Assembly: GCA_030141605.1 (NCBI GenBank)
Contig: JAQGDQ010001467.1
Coordinates: 1-39,441 of the forward strand
DNA from: Tubiluchus corallicola
Lineage: Eukaryota; Animalia; Priapulida
Reading direction: 5' to 3'
DNA length: 39,441 nt
Part shown: positions 23,629-34,105 of the stretch, one piece after another
Position numbering within the stretch: the stretch's first letter is position 1
Layout of the letters: every line of letters starts with the position of its first letter
Translations under genes and position numbers: made by a program
The notes under the pieces: generated by a model
The model's database searches: none
Seen by the model: only the letters and a program-made list of their open reading frames with translations
What the model was told of the DNA's origin: nothing

Positions 23629-23769
23629 TTTTAATTTAATACTTTCTATTGGATAGGCAGTCGTTACATGAGGTTGACTGAATGGTTGTCGAATCTAGTA
23701 ACATTTAATTTTTTAACGATGTACACGATATTACATAGTGCGTGATAGACTGTCAAAAGTCTTGCTTAA

Positions 23770-24227
23770 CCCTTTCAGTCCCAAATTATTTTTTAAGAAG
23801 AAAAAATTTTTGGCTTGGTACTTTTGTTCAGTATGTCCATCTTGTTTACACATAATAATTATTTTTTTCTACCTGTGCCCGCGTGCTAAATATAGCCTGT
23901 ATGCCACAGGATACATTGGGATTCAATGGAAGCATAAAATGTGCTTCATTTTGCAACTGCTGATAATTTTTTAAAGTATTTAAGGCATTTAGTATGCACG
24001 CTATGCTGATCTGCACAAAGTCGTCTCTAAAGTACCGTACCTTGCGCAGTTTTTTGTGCTATGTAGATTTTCTAGTTTGCCATTTTATCACTATTTTTAG
24101 TCTATTGTTATCGGCTTAAATCAAAATAACTATTAACAGATCAAATAACTGTCAGTTTTAAAATTTTATTAATTTTAAAGGCAGAAAATATTCTCGTATC
24201 CCACAGGATACAACGGGTATGAAAGGG
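23770..24227 (-). mobile_element. piggyBac-type MITE, copy 2 (458 bp)
   Basis: TTAA at 23766-23769 and 24228-24231; TIRs CCCTTTCA/TGAAAGGG; reverse complement of copy 1. Confidence 0.93.
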
Positions 24228-25380
24228 TTAAGTCGAGAAAAGCAGAAGATGCGTGGTCATTGTTGTTCAAGAAGTAGCGTCATCTTTCAGTCGAATAAGT
24301 TATTGACGTCTACTGATTATGTTTCTGATTATTTCATATTTTATGGCTTAGCTAACTAACGTTTCAGTGAGAAGAAGCTCGTAGCTGAATTTAGGATTCG
24401 GTGCAGCGCGATGTGCGAAACTTCGTCAGAGTACTTTTGCCCCTCTGTGAGACACTCATCCCTCTCCCACAAATACATAAAGTTGAGCTGGTTTGCTGAT
24501 GCTTAATAATTGCGTTATACATTTCTGCATAACAATAAGCCGACGCGGTGTGAATCGTGCATGCTAAGACTAAGATTGTTGGACGTGTGGAACCAAGAAT
24601 ACAGCAAGGAGGCTTATAAGCCAAGCTTTTATCGACATTATTAATATTGAAGTATGTGGAACATTGCACCCAGCGGCTGCGTAAATATGGGCTTAGCTAG
24701 ACGCGTGCCTGCTACATTTAACTATTGTTCTCTTCGCGTCTGTTCCCATGCTTAATCATAGGCGTAATGGCAACCCAAACCCTTATCATCTGTACGCTTT
24801 AATCACCATCAGCGAAATTAGTTATGCATCACGTGACCCGCGGCGTCTGCCATACATCACGCTGAAGCTGCTGCGTTCCAAACCGGTGCCATTACGAAAA
24901 TTATCAGTTTCGTACACGGGGGTTATTAAAGCGACCACCGAATTTGCACAGTAATTTGGAATTTTTGATGAAACGGTGATGACTGCGGATAGCGGGTGTA
25001 ATAAAACGCGTTATAATGGATGACAGTGTTCCGTTATCTGCGATGACGCGCGCGTGGGTCCACGCGATTACGGGACGACAGCTGCCTTGCCCGTTCGAAA
25101 CCACTAATGCATAACTGGCTTATTTACTATAACAATATAGCGCGTTTTTGTTACAAATGTTCATTCTTTTAAAACTGCTAGTTAAGCGTGTGGCCACCTG
25201 TTTTAAAACAGACAGAATAAACGCCCACATTTACAGCTTCTGTTAGAGTATTATTGCCTGAGACCTTAAGCACTTTATTGTATCATAATTTCACATTATT
25301 TTGAATTTTCATACCTTAAATTGTTACTTTCAGGTCGTCTGCATAATATAATTTGTATCTTGATTTGTTGCATTTGATGA

Positions 25381-25940
25381 CGAATGAATGAATTATGAAT
25401 TTATTCCACAGCAACACAAACATGCATACAAATTGTTATTACATTGAAAGAAATTATAAACTAAACGAGTTACTGTGAGGAGGAGGAAGGAGCATTGAGC
25501 TTTCGAGTCCTCCTCCAGATAAGTGAAAGAATTGACAATTAACATTACATTTTCATCAGTTATAATTTACATTAGAACAAAATAAGTTTTGTCAGTAACT
25601 TAAGATCAGGATGAGTAAAATTGTGAGTTAATTATACCGTTGTAGTAGGTAATTCTTTGATGCTTTTTTAAATTGATAAAGATTAAGAGTTTTCATTTCA
25701 CGCGGAATTGATGACCATATTTTAATAGCATTATATTTTGATGACTGTTTCATTATATTTGTTTTTGGAAGAGGGAGTACATAGTTTTCGACTGAATATC
25801 TTGTGTAATGATCATGTTGATTTGAAACTGGACTAAAGTATGACTGAAAAGCTGGTGGAAGTAGTGAATTATGATACTGATACATGAAATGAAGACAATA
25901 CGTGTCATATATTTCTTTCACTTTAAGAGTTTTAAAGTTT
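25381..25940 (-). mobile_element. 5'-truncated CR1/L2-group (Crack/Daphne-like) LINE
   Basis: ORF 25628-25921 (FMYQYHNSLLPPAFQSYF...HDHYTR...LPLPKTN...IKIWSSIPREMK...FKK) is a typical ORF2 C-terminus. The minus-strand 3' UTR has a GGAGGAGGA...TCCTCCTC stem-loop, AATAAA and an (ATTC)n tail. Confidence 0.88.
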
Positions 25941-26313
25941 TAAGACTTTTTTGATTAAGAGAGTCGAGTTAGATATTTCAAAGCTTGACAACTACAAACT
26001 GATAATAATAAAACTAAGCGCGTACTTAAAATATAAACTTATAGTGTTAATTATTAATCCGTAGCAAGTGCTCTGCGACCGGACGGGTTTACGAATGTTT
26101 ACGTTGTATGAAAGACATTTAGCAGTAAAAATAGCAATAATATAATAATAACGAGTAATACCAGTCTATGTCGTTTAATGTGTCTCATGCGTCGAATTCA
26201 AAATTATATATATATAAGTGAATAGGTTTAATACGTTGTAAATGCTTTTAGAATTTTTAAACATATCCCTACAAATAGAGGGAATGTATTCTGTACATAG
26301 TTTTTAAAAATAA

Positions 26314-26315
<2 letters not shown>

Positions 26316-26380
<65 letters not shown>
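26316..26380. repeat. (AAT)n microsatellite, probable retroposon tail
   Basis: Seen directly; preceded by CCCTACAAATAGAGGG and AATAAA. Confidence 0.93.
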
Positions 26381-27183
26381 GTCAAATTTTATATTTATTT
26401 TTTTGTTTTAAGAATAAGCGACATTAGAAAAAGTCGATCAATAAAGATTTAATTCTTGAGCCTCGGGTTCTCTTTCTATTTAAACATTAAAATTCTTCCA
26501 GGCTATAACGACATTAAAATCAAGACGTACAACTGAGTAACAGCGTCTGGAACATACAAGCTTTGATTAGCATTAACTATGTATTTTCTAAACGATGTAT
26601 TTCTTACATTTGGCCCAGATTAGCACAATTGCTTTGCTGAATTCAAGAGGCACGCGAACTTTCAAATTTCAATTGTGTTAATAGAGACAGAAGGCGGCCA
26701 GTATTATCACTAGTAACTATGGACAAGTGAGTAAACAAAAGTCTGTTTACTCCATGCTGATTGATTTTATTGACCACGAGGCTTGATTTGCATGCTGTGT
26801 TTGACCAATAAGCTCGAGTGTTGGCAAATTTCATGTCCTGCATTGTGATTCGTCGTCAGCATGTGAAGGGTGGCAGGTGTCTCTTAAAGTTCAAGCAATT
26901 AGAAAATTTCATTGTTTAACGCAGGACGCATGCAAGGGGGTCTTTGAATTTTGCAACAAGTGTTTAATTGGACGCCCCGCGTTGAAACAAAGAAAGCTAA
27001 ATTACAAACTTATCTTCAAGTGTAGCCAGATTTCTGAATCCTTTTATACAAGCAGGTCTATAAGGCACGTTTAGATGGCTTTTAATCCACTAGCACGTGC
27101 ATTGTTGGCCCATAAAGCAGTTGCAAGAGAGTTTATCTGATGAATGTAGGACAAAATCTGAAATAATTCTACTTAATCATTAA

Positions 27184-27630
27184 CCCTTTCAGTCCCAAAT
27201 TATTTTTTTCATAAGAAAAAAAAATTGGCTTGGTACTTTTGTTCAGTATGTTCATCTTGTTTACACATAATAATTATTTTTTCTACCTGTGCCCGCGTGC
27301 TAAATATAGCCTGTATCCCACGGGATACAGTGGAAGCATAAAATGTGTTTCATTTTGCAATTGCTGATAATTTCTCAAAGTATTTAAGACATTTAGTATG
27401 CACGCTATGTTGATCTGTACAAAGTCGTCTCTAAAGTACTGTACCTTGCACAGTTTTTATGCAATGTAGATTTTCTAGTTTGTCATTTTATCACCATTTT
27501 TAGTCTATTGTTATTGGCTTAAATCAAAATAACTATTAACAGATCAAATAACTGTCAGTTTTAAAATTTTATTAATTTTAACGGCAGAAAATATTCTCGT
27601 ATCCCACGGGATACAACGGGTATGAAAGGG
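27184..27630 (-). mobile_element. piggyBac-type MITE, copy 3 (447 bp)
   Basis: TTAA at 27180-27183 and 27631-27634; same TIRs; small internal deletion near 27330 relative to copy 2. Confidence 0.93.
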
Positions 27631-27799
27631 TTAAATACCACGAACAAATATATTAATTAAAGTGCAAGAAACCACTCTTCATAAATGCAGCTTAAAAATT
27701 CGTCTTGAGATTTCACATCGCTTATATGTTGTCATCACACCAGTACGACAACATACACACTAATTCAGAATTCATATATCCACGGCCATATTAATTAAA

Positions 27800-28025
27800 T
27801 CATTATTTTTTCCATTTTTTTGTGCATAGTTGTAAATATGTTTGATTTTATTCGTCGTTACTTTCCATTACTGCACAGTAGTTTAGATTGCACTGACGCA
27901 TTTGCCTCTAGCAGTGTAAGTTTTTATTAACCAACACTGATTGATCATCTCTGTAAAGTTTTTATCAGTGATTATCAATGTATTTAAATGGCAAATAAAG
28001 ATTATTACATATTATATATATATAT
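27800..28025 (+). mobile_element. 3' tail of a LINE related to the 15430-16150 element
   Basis: TTAGATTGCACTGACGCATTTGCCTCTAGCAGTGT versus TTAGTCTGCACTGGACGCATTTGTCTTGAACAGTGT. Both end with AATGRCAAATAAAGA followed by (TA)n. Confidence 0.7.
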
Positions 28026-28064
28026 GGCCTACGGATTCGCATAGACGCTACAAACTTAAGCAAA

Positions 28065-28851
28065 ACTTGTAAATTTAAACTCCTGCGATGACCGTTAGGC
28101 GCGTTTTAACCGTGAGGCGTTTGAAACAAATTTAGAAAAAATTAGAGCATTCGTAGTTCAAACAATTACTAACTAAGCAAAAGTATATATATATATATCT
28201 CGTCAATATAATTAATAATACGTTTTTTGGTAAGTCAATGGTGTACACTGGAAAGGTGAGTCAATGGTGAATGCTGGGAATGTGAGTCAATGGTGTACGC
28301 TGAGAATGTGAGTCAATGGTGTACGCTGGGAAGGTGAGTCAATGGTGTACGCTGAGAATGTGAGTCAATGGTGTACGCTGGGAAGGTGAGTCAATGGTGT
28401 ACACTGGAAAGGTGAGTCAATGGTGTACGCTGGGAAGGTGAGTCAATGGTGTACGCTGGGAAGGTGAGTCAATGGTGTACGCTGGGAAGGTGAGTCAATG
28501 GTGTACGCTGGGAAGGTGAGTCAATGGTGTACACTGGAAAGGTGAGTCAATGGTGTACGCAGGGAAGGTGAGTCAATGGTGTACGCTGGGAAGGTGAGTC
28601 AATGGTGTACACTGGGAAGGTGAGTCAATGGTGTACACTGGGAATGTGAGTCAATGGTGTACGCTGAGAATGTGAGTCAATGGTGTACGCTGGGAAGGTG
28701 AGTCAATGGTGTACGCTGGGAACGTGAGCCAGTGACGTTTTACCAAGTTTAGTGAACACTTTAAAGTGCTAGGAATTTTCTTTTCCAGTTACATGAGTCT
28801 CGCAAACACGTAAACGTAATGTAAGGTAAAATAACTCTGTACGCAAACTTT
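28065..28851 (+). mobile_element. Unclassified dispersed repeat, copy B, carrying an internal 26-bp array
   Basis: Colinear with 3641-3962 on both sides of the array. Confidence 0.8.
28229..28734. repeat. 26-bp minisatellite, 19 copies (GGTGAGTCAATGGTGTACGCTGGGAA)
   Basis: Period 26 (AGTCAATGG at 28441 and 28467). Confidence 0.97.
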
Positions 28852-29616
28852 ATGTAACATGTTTTCGGGTTCTTTTCCTTTAACTACGTCTAACAATCCT
28901 TCTCTGATTTAATGGACAACAGAAAGAGATTCACAATCATTTATCAGTGCTCATTAACTTGATTTTTGCTCTTGTCTACATGTTTTTTTATGTTCGGTTG
29001 TCTAATTTATGGTTTTGAACCGTTTATGAGTTTACTTTGTTCAACTGTAATAAATATCATTACTCATTAGTTTCAGCGTAAACAGTAAAACATATCAACG
29101 TACTCGGTCAAGCCATACTAGCTCCAAGTATTTGTCTAACGTGACACGCAGAACATAAACTTTCAGAAACGAAGCTTTGCCACAAAATATGAACCTTTGT
29201 TTGGCCAGTTTTATAAGCGTATACAGGTGCTGTGGTATACACAGTGTATCTTGACATAGTGTATAAAGTTACAAGAACGTAGTCGTAGATTAAAGACTGT
29301 GGGAGAAACGGCACGTGCCTCTGTGTATGCAGGCAACGGAAAAATATTTGTTCCTACACTTTTCTATGACAATTCGTCTAAAGTTTATTAGCCGTCCGGG
29401 AAGAATAATTACCAGAATAAAGAAGTTTTGCCATGGGAACGCACGTGCTGCAAGGGCAGTTTAGTTGTCCATCGTTAGAAGATTTTTGTTTAAAAAACAC
29501 CTACTAAGCGCACGGAAAGAGTTGCCGAGTCCATGGGGGATATCATTCCTAATATTTTAAACGAAATCCCTTTTTATTCGCTAATAAATAAATATTTCGC
29601 AGCCCACTGCGGTTAA

Positions 29617-29996
29617 TCGTCATCATCATCATCATCATCATCGTCGTCGTCATCGTCGTCGTCGTCGTCGTCATCATCATCATCATCATCACCATCATTG
29701 TCGTCGTCGTCATCATCATCATCATCATCTTCATCATCATCATCTTGATCATCGTCGTCATCATCATCATCATCGTCGTCGTCGTCATCATCATCATCAT
29801 CATCTTGATCATCGTCGTCATCATCATCATCATCATCTTCATCATCATCATCTTGATCATCTTCATCATCATCATCATCATCATCTTCATCATCATCATC
29901 TTGATCATCTTCATCATCATCATCATCATCATCGTCGTCATCATCATCATCATCATCATCATCATCGTCGTCGTCATCAATCTTCATCATCATCAT
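29617..29996. repeat. (CAT/CGT)n microsatellite
   Basis: Seen directly. It explains the poly-M, poly-D and poly-I ORFs. Confidence 0.97.
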
Positions 29997-30800
29997 ATGC
30001 CTATTACGTTCGTTGTCGTAACATTGGGCAGGCAGACTTCAAGAATAAAAGAAATTTGTTCTCAAGACAGACAAACGCAACAGTAATCCAACATAAAAGT
30101 AGACAGTGCTATGCCAGTGCATTGTCAGCACCACTTCCAACTCTGCGGGTTGCATGCTCGCTGTAAACATTAACGATAAGCAACATTCTTCGAAATGCAA
30201 AATCGTTGAATAACCCTAACAGAATACAGAAAACTGTCCTCTCCATAACCGATGTTACTATTGCAGAAATTTTAGTGACCGTTATATTGATGATAATGGA
30301 GTAAACAGGTAAATAACGAACTAACTTCTGTAAACATGTTGTAAAATGTAAACAATCTCCTGAATTTTTGCAAATAAAGTAAACCAACCGTTGCAAATGT
30401 GTCGAGAATATTCCAAGTCTCTTTGATTACTAATCAGAGAACCACTGAATTTTTTTCTAGAAAGAGTTTCATTTATAAGCAATTTTGGGTTCTTTTACAA
30501 TATCTATATACATTTTAATTACAAAAGTGCCTCTCTTTGTGTAAATGGTCCGAATGTCATTATTTTCTAAGCTGCGCTCGAGATTCACTCTTACGTCTTG
30601 TCCTAACAAACGGTAACGGACAATGAAAAATTAAATGTTCTGATCTTTGACTGCCCAGACCGGAAACACACAGATCTGAGCCAATTATTCCCCTCCTGTA
30701 TTTAAACGATTTATTTAAATGCAAACATTTATTTAACATTTTTTGTACTTATGTGCCCTACAAATAGAGGGCTTATTGTATCATTTCGAATAAAGATTTT

Positions 30801-30826
30801 TGATGATGATGATGATGATGATGATG

Positions 30827-30860
<34 letters not shown>

Positions 30861-31055
30861 GGATGATGATGATGATGAGGATGATGATGAGGATGATGAT
30901 GAGGATGATGATGAGGATGATGAGGATGAGGATGAGGATGAGGATGATGATGAGGATGATGATGAGGAGGATGAGGATGATGATGAGGAGGATGATGATG
31001 AGGATGAGGATGATGATGATGATGATAATAATAATAAGAATAATAATAATAATAA

Positions 31056-31098
<43 letters not shown>
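30801..31098. repeat. (GAT/GAG)n followed by (AAT)n microsatellite
   Basis: Seen directly; preceded by GCCCTACAAATAGAGGGC and AATAAA. Confidence 0.97.
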
Positions 31099-31099
<1 letters not shown>

Positions 31100-31409
31100 T
31101 AACAAATTTACTCTCCCATTTGGATGTGTCTAATATCTTGACATTTCTAAGATTGACGTCATGAGATGTCTCCTGAAAGTGCCGAGACTGCATTATTTCC
31201 AAAAATTTAGTAGGTATCTTACAACATGTCTACTCTTAATTTACACTTTTCTAGATCATTGGCTAAAGATTCTTTTTGACGTCAGTTCTGCGTCCTCTAA
31301 CGTTAAGTGATCCGTTACTAATTTCTTGGCATCTCATGTATTCTGATGAAACAGTAAACCATCTCCATTCCAATCTACATAAAACGAGAATGTCGTGGGT
31401 TACAGGGTC

Positions 31410-32013
31410 GCATAACCATCAAATGCCTATGCGCTGATGATATTACATGGATAGCAAGAAAACAAAGACGAAATAGAAGCCATCGAGATCAAAATAGCAA
31501 AAAAAACTAAAAGAATGGATCTCATATTAAACAAAGATAAAACAGAAAAATTAGGCCAGGTTCACACGCAGAGACTTCTCTCGCAACTTATCTCTGAAAA
31601 TAAAGTTGCAACGTGTGAGTAGTTTGCCAACTTCTCTTGCAACTTGTAGAGAAAATATGAAATATTTAGGCAGTTTTCTAACATCAGATGAAGATAGTCT
31701 TGGCACTAGCAGCGTATTCCAAATTAACGAACATTTTTGAAAACACGAGAATCAGTCTAGAAGTAAAATTAAGATTCTTCGATGCACTTATGAAAACTGT
31801 TTCTCTATACTCAAAATTACGGACAATCGAAGCAGATCACACATCAGCATTAGATGAATCTCAAAGAAGAAACTGTAGGAAATTTCTAGGAATAACATGG
31901 CCAAAGAAAATATCAAACCAGGATGTGTATAATAAAGTCAAGCAGAGGAATGGACAATTAAAATCAAAAGAAGATTAAGATGGATAGGACATGTTACACG
32001 ACTACCAAATAAC
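31410..32013 (+). mobile_element. Decayed RTE-clade LINE reverse transcriptase fragment
   Basis: CADD (a mutated YADD) at 31430-31441, then LILNKDKTEK, KYLGSFL, ISLEVKLRFFDAL, RKFLGITWPKKISNQDVY and RRLRWIGHVTRLP across frameshifts. Confidence 0.88.
31554..31646. mobile_element. Fragment of a PIF/Harbinger-like MITE inserted in the RTE fragment
   Basis: Begins TTA|GGCCAGGTTCACACG and carries repeated GCAACTT/AAGTTGC motifs. It interrupts RT homology between KTEK and KYLG. The second TIR is not seen. Confidence 0.45.
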
Positions 32014-32173
32014 TGACAATGCAGTATTACATCTGTAGTAGCAAATGATCATAACTGTTGTATTTACTATTTTGTACTAATTTCTTTCGTAAATTATTAA
32101 TTACTTTATTTATTACGCATATTAGCCGTTTTAACAGTGTACATCTGGATAAGAAATAATGACCAGCTATTTT

Positions 32174-32439
32174 GACCAGACGATTTAGTCTACTGGTAAT
32201 GCGTCTGCTTTTTCCGTCTGGGAGGTCGTGAGTTCGAACCACCGGCCGGGTCATACCAAAAACTTTAAAAATGGTACCTGCTGTTGCCCTGCCTGACGTG
32301 TGGTATTTAGAGTAAAAGTGGGGTAATAATAGTCTCTGTTATGTAGTTGTAGGTTGTTATTTACAGTCAGCGATAATAGCTCTTTGAGCTAATGTTAATT
32401 GTTGACCCAAAAGCCGACTTTAAATAAAGATTATTATTA

Positions 32440-32512
<73 letters not shown>
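32174..32512 (+). mobile_element. tRNA-derived SINE with a conserved central domain (Meta/MESC-like) and (ATT)n tail
   Basis: A-box TAGTCTACTGG and B-box GTTCGAACC, then GGGTCATACCAAAAACTTTAAAAATGGTACC...CCCTGCCTG, which from memory resembles the metazoan Meta-SINE domain. It ends with AATAAA and (ATT)n. Confidence 0.8.
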
Positions 32513-32513
<1 letters not shown>

Positions 32514-32599
32514 CAAAGTAAAGATAACAATATATGCGTGAAATAATTTTTAAATGCAGCTCCTCCAAAGTGTACAATAGCTGAAAAGGGCTGTCGCTA

Positions 32600-33411
32600 T
32601 TTGCCCAAAACCAATGACGTTTCAGATTTTAAACAATGGTGGTGATTTTTTTCTTAGGCCTCGAATGAGAAACAAAGGCAGCCATTGTGAATGCAAATCA
32701 GATTCAGAATGTAAAACATTGATTTGGAAGGAAGTCAAATGCTTGGGAAAGGTTATAAAATCTGATAATTTCTTTAAAAAGGACATTGTTATAAATAAAA
32801 GCAAATTTTATGCTCCGTTGAACTCGATATTATCAACTCAGGGAAGATGTAATGAAATGGTGTCCAAAACGCTAAGAAATTCACATTGTTTACCAATTTT
32901 GTTGTTCGCAGTAGAAGTTAATTCATTTTCTTTCGAGCGAAGAAAATATTTTAAAAATTTGTTTTAGCACAGCCTGTAGGAAGATTTTTAATTATAGACG
33001 TAATGAGCGTGTCAAGGTTTCAATGACTTATTGTGGTACTTTGCCTGCAAACTGCCTAATTGATGGTAGAAAATTAAATTTCTTAAAGAAAATTCAAAAC
33101 TCGGGCATTGACAATATTCAATTAACGTTATATTTAACTAACAATAGTCATTGTCACTTAAAGAGAAAGTATGGCTTCTCTTTAAGGTTTGTCAACATGA
33201 ATGTCAAAAAACTAGTTATTAATGCTTTTGATGTGTGTTTACACGGATATGTGAAAACTAACGATAGTTTAACGCACGATCATTATTAAGCATACTTCAT
33301 TATTATGTTCACTTTATGCATACTAATTTTTCCTTGTTATATTTTGTCTATATGAATATACGTGTTGTATCTGTGTGTAATGGTACGAAATCAAAGAATA
33401 ATAATAATAAT
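32600..33411 (+). mobile_element. 5'-truncated, frameshifted RTE-X-like LINE (ORF2 C-terminus)
   Basis: ORFs 32614 and 33023 plus the linker give VKCLG, KFYAPLNSILS...NEMV...SHCLPILLFAVEV, ACRKIFNYRRNERVK and LIDGRKLNFL. The element ends in an (AAT)n tail. Confidence 0.78.
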
Positions 33412-34105
33412 TCTGGTTAACGACAGTCACGTGTCTTAATTAGTATGGAAATTTTTGCACTGAAACCAATAATCTTAGCCGGAAGACCTAATCATTCAGT
33501 TGTTTACCTTGTCTGGAATTGTCCATCTGAACTGATGACTTTGGTTAGTTGTTGGAAGAAGTATCAAGTGTCAACAAAGCTTCGTCTGTTTCGCTCTGTT
33601 GAGCATACGTAATTTGTCTAATGTTCTCATTAATTCTAATGCGTCTGATGTAAATAAATTCTTTTGTATGCAAGAGGCGCCGGTCTATATTTACCTATTT
33701 ATTCGCCTTCTCGGTTTCCTCAAAACACTTCTAATATTGCATTTTCTGAGCTCTTCTTGTGGGCGTCGAAAATGTAAAATGCTTCCCTTTTTTGTAGCGT
33801 TTCGGTCCTGTTGTGCACTTTAGGAACTGGTTTTGTTGCAATAAAACGAACGTCAAGGCGAAGTGGACCACTGGGACTAACTGTAGAAAAAGCTATGAGA
33901 ATGCATGTTATGCAATGTCAGCGTAACGACGAAATAAGATGCTGGCAAAATGTACTAGTGGCCAAATAACTATTGACCACTAACCAGTAGATTTCTGAGT
34001 AAATGCATCACTGACAAAAATACCCACTGATAAAATAGGTAGAACATTAGCAAAAATATGCTGTAGTGAAATGTATTACTGAATTGTTATTTTCCACTAA
34101 TCAAA

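Noticed and set aside
30223-30308. Possible + strand exon NTENCPLHNRCYYCRNFSDRYIDDNGVN
   Set aside because: The acceptor lacks a polypyrimidine tract, there are no partner exons, and the peptide is not recognised.
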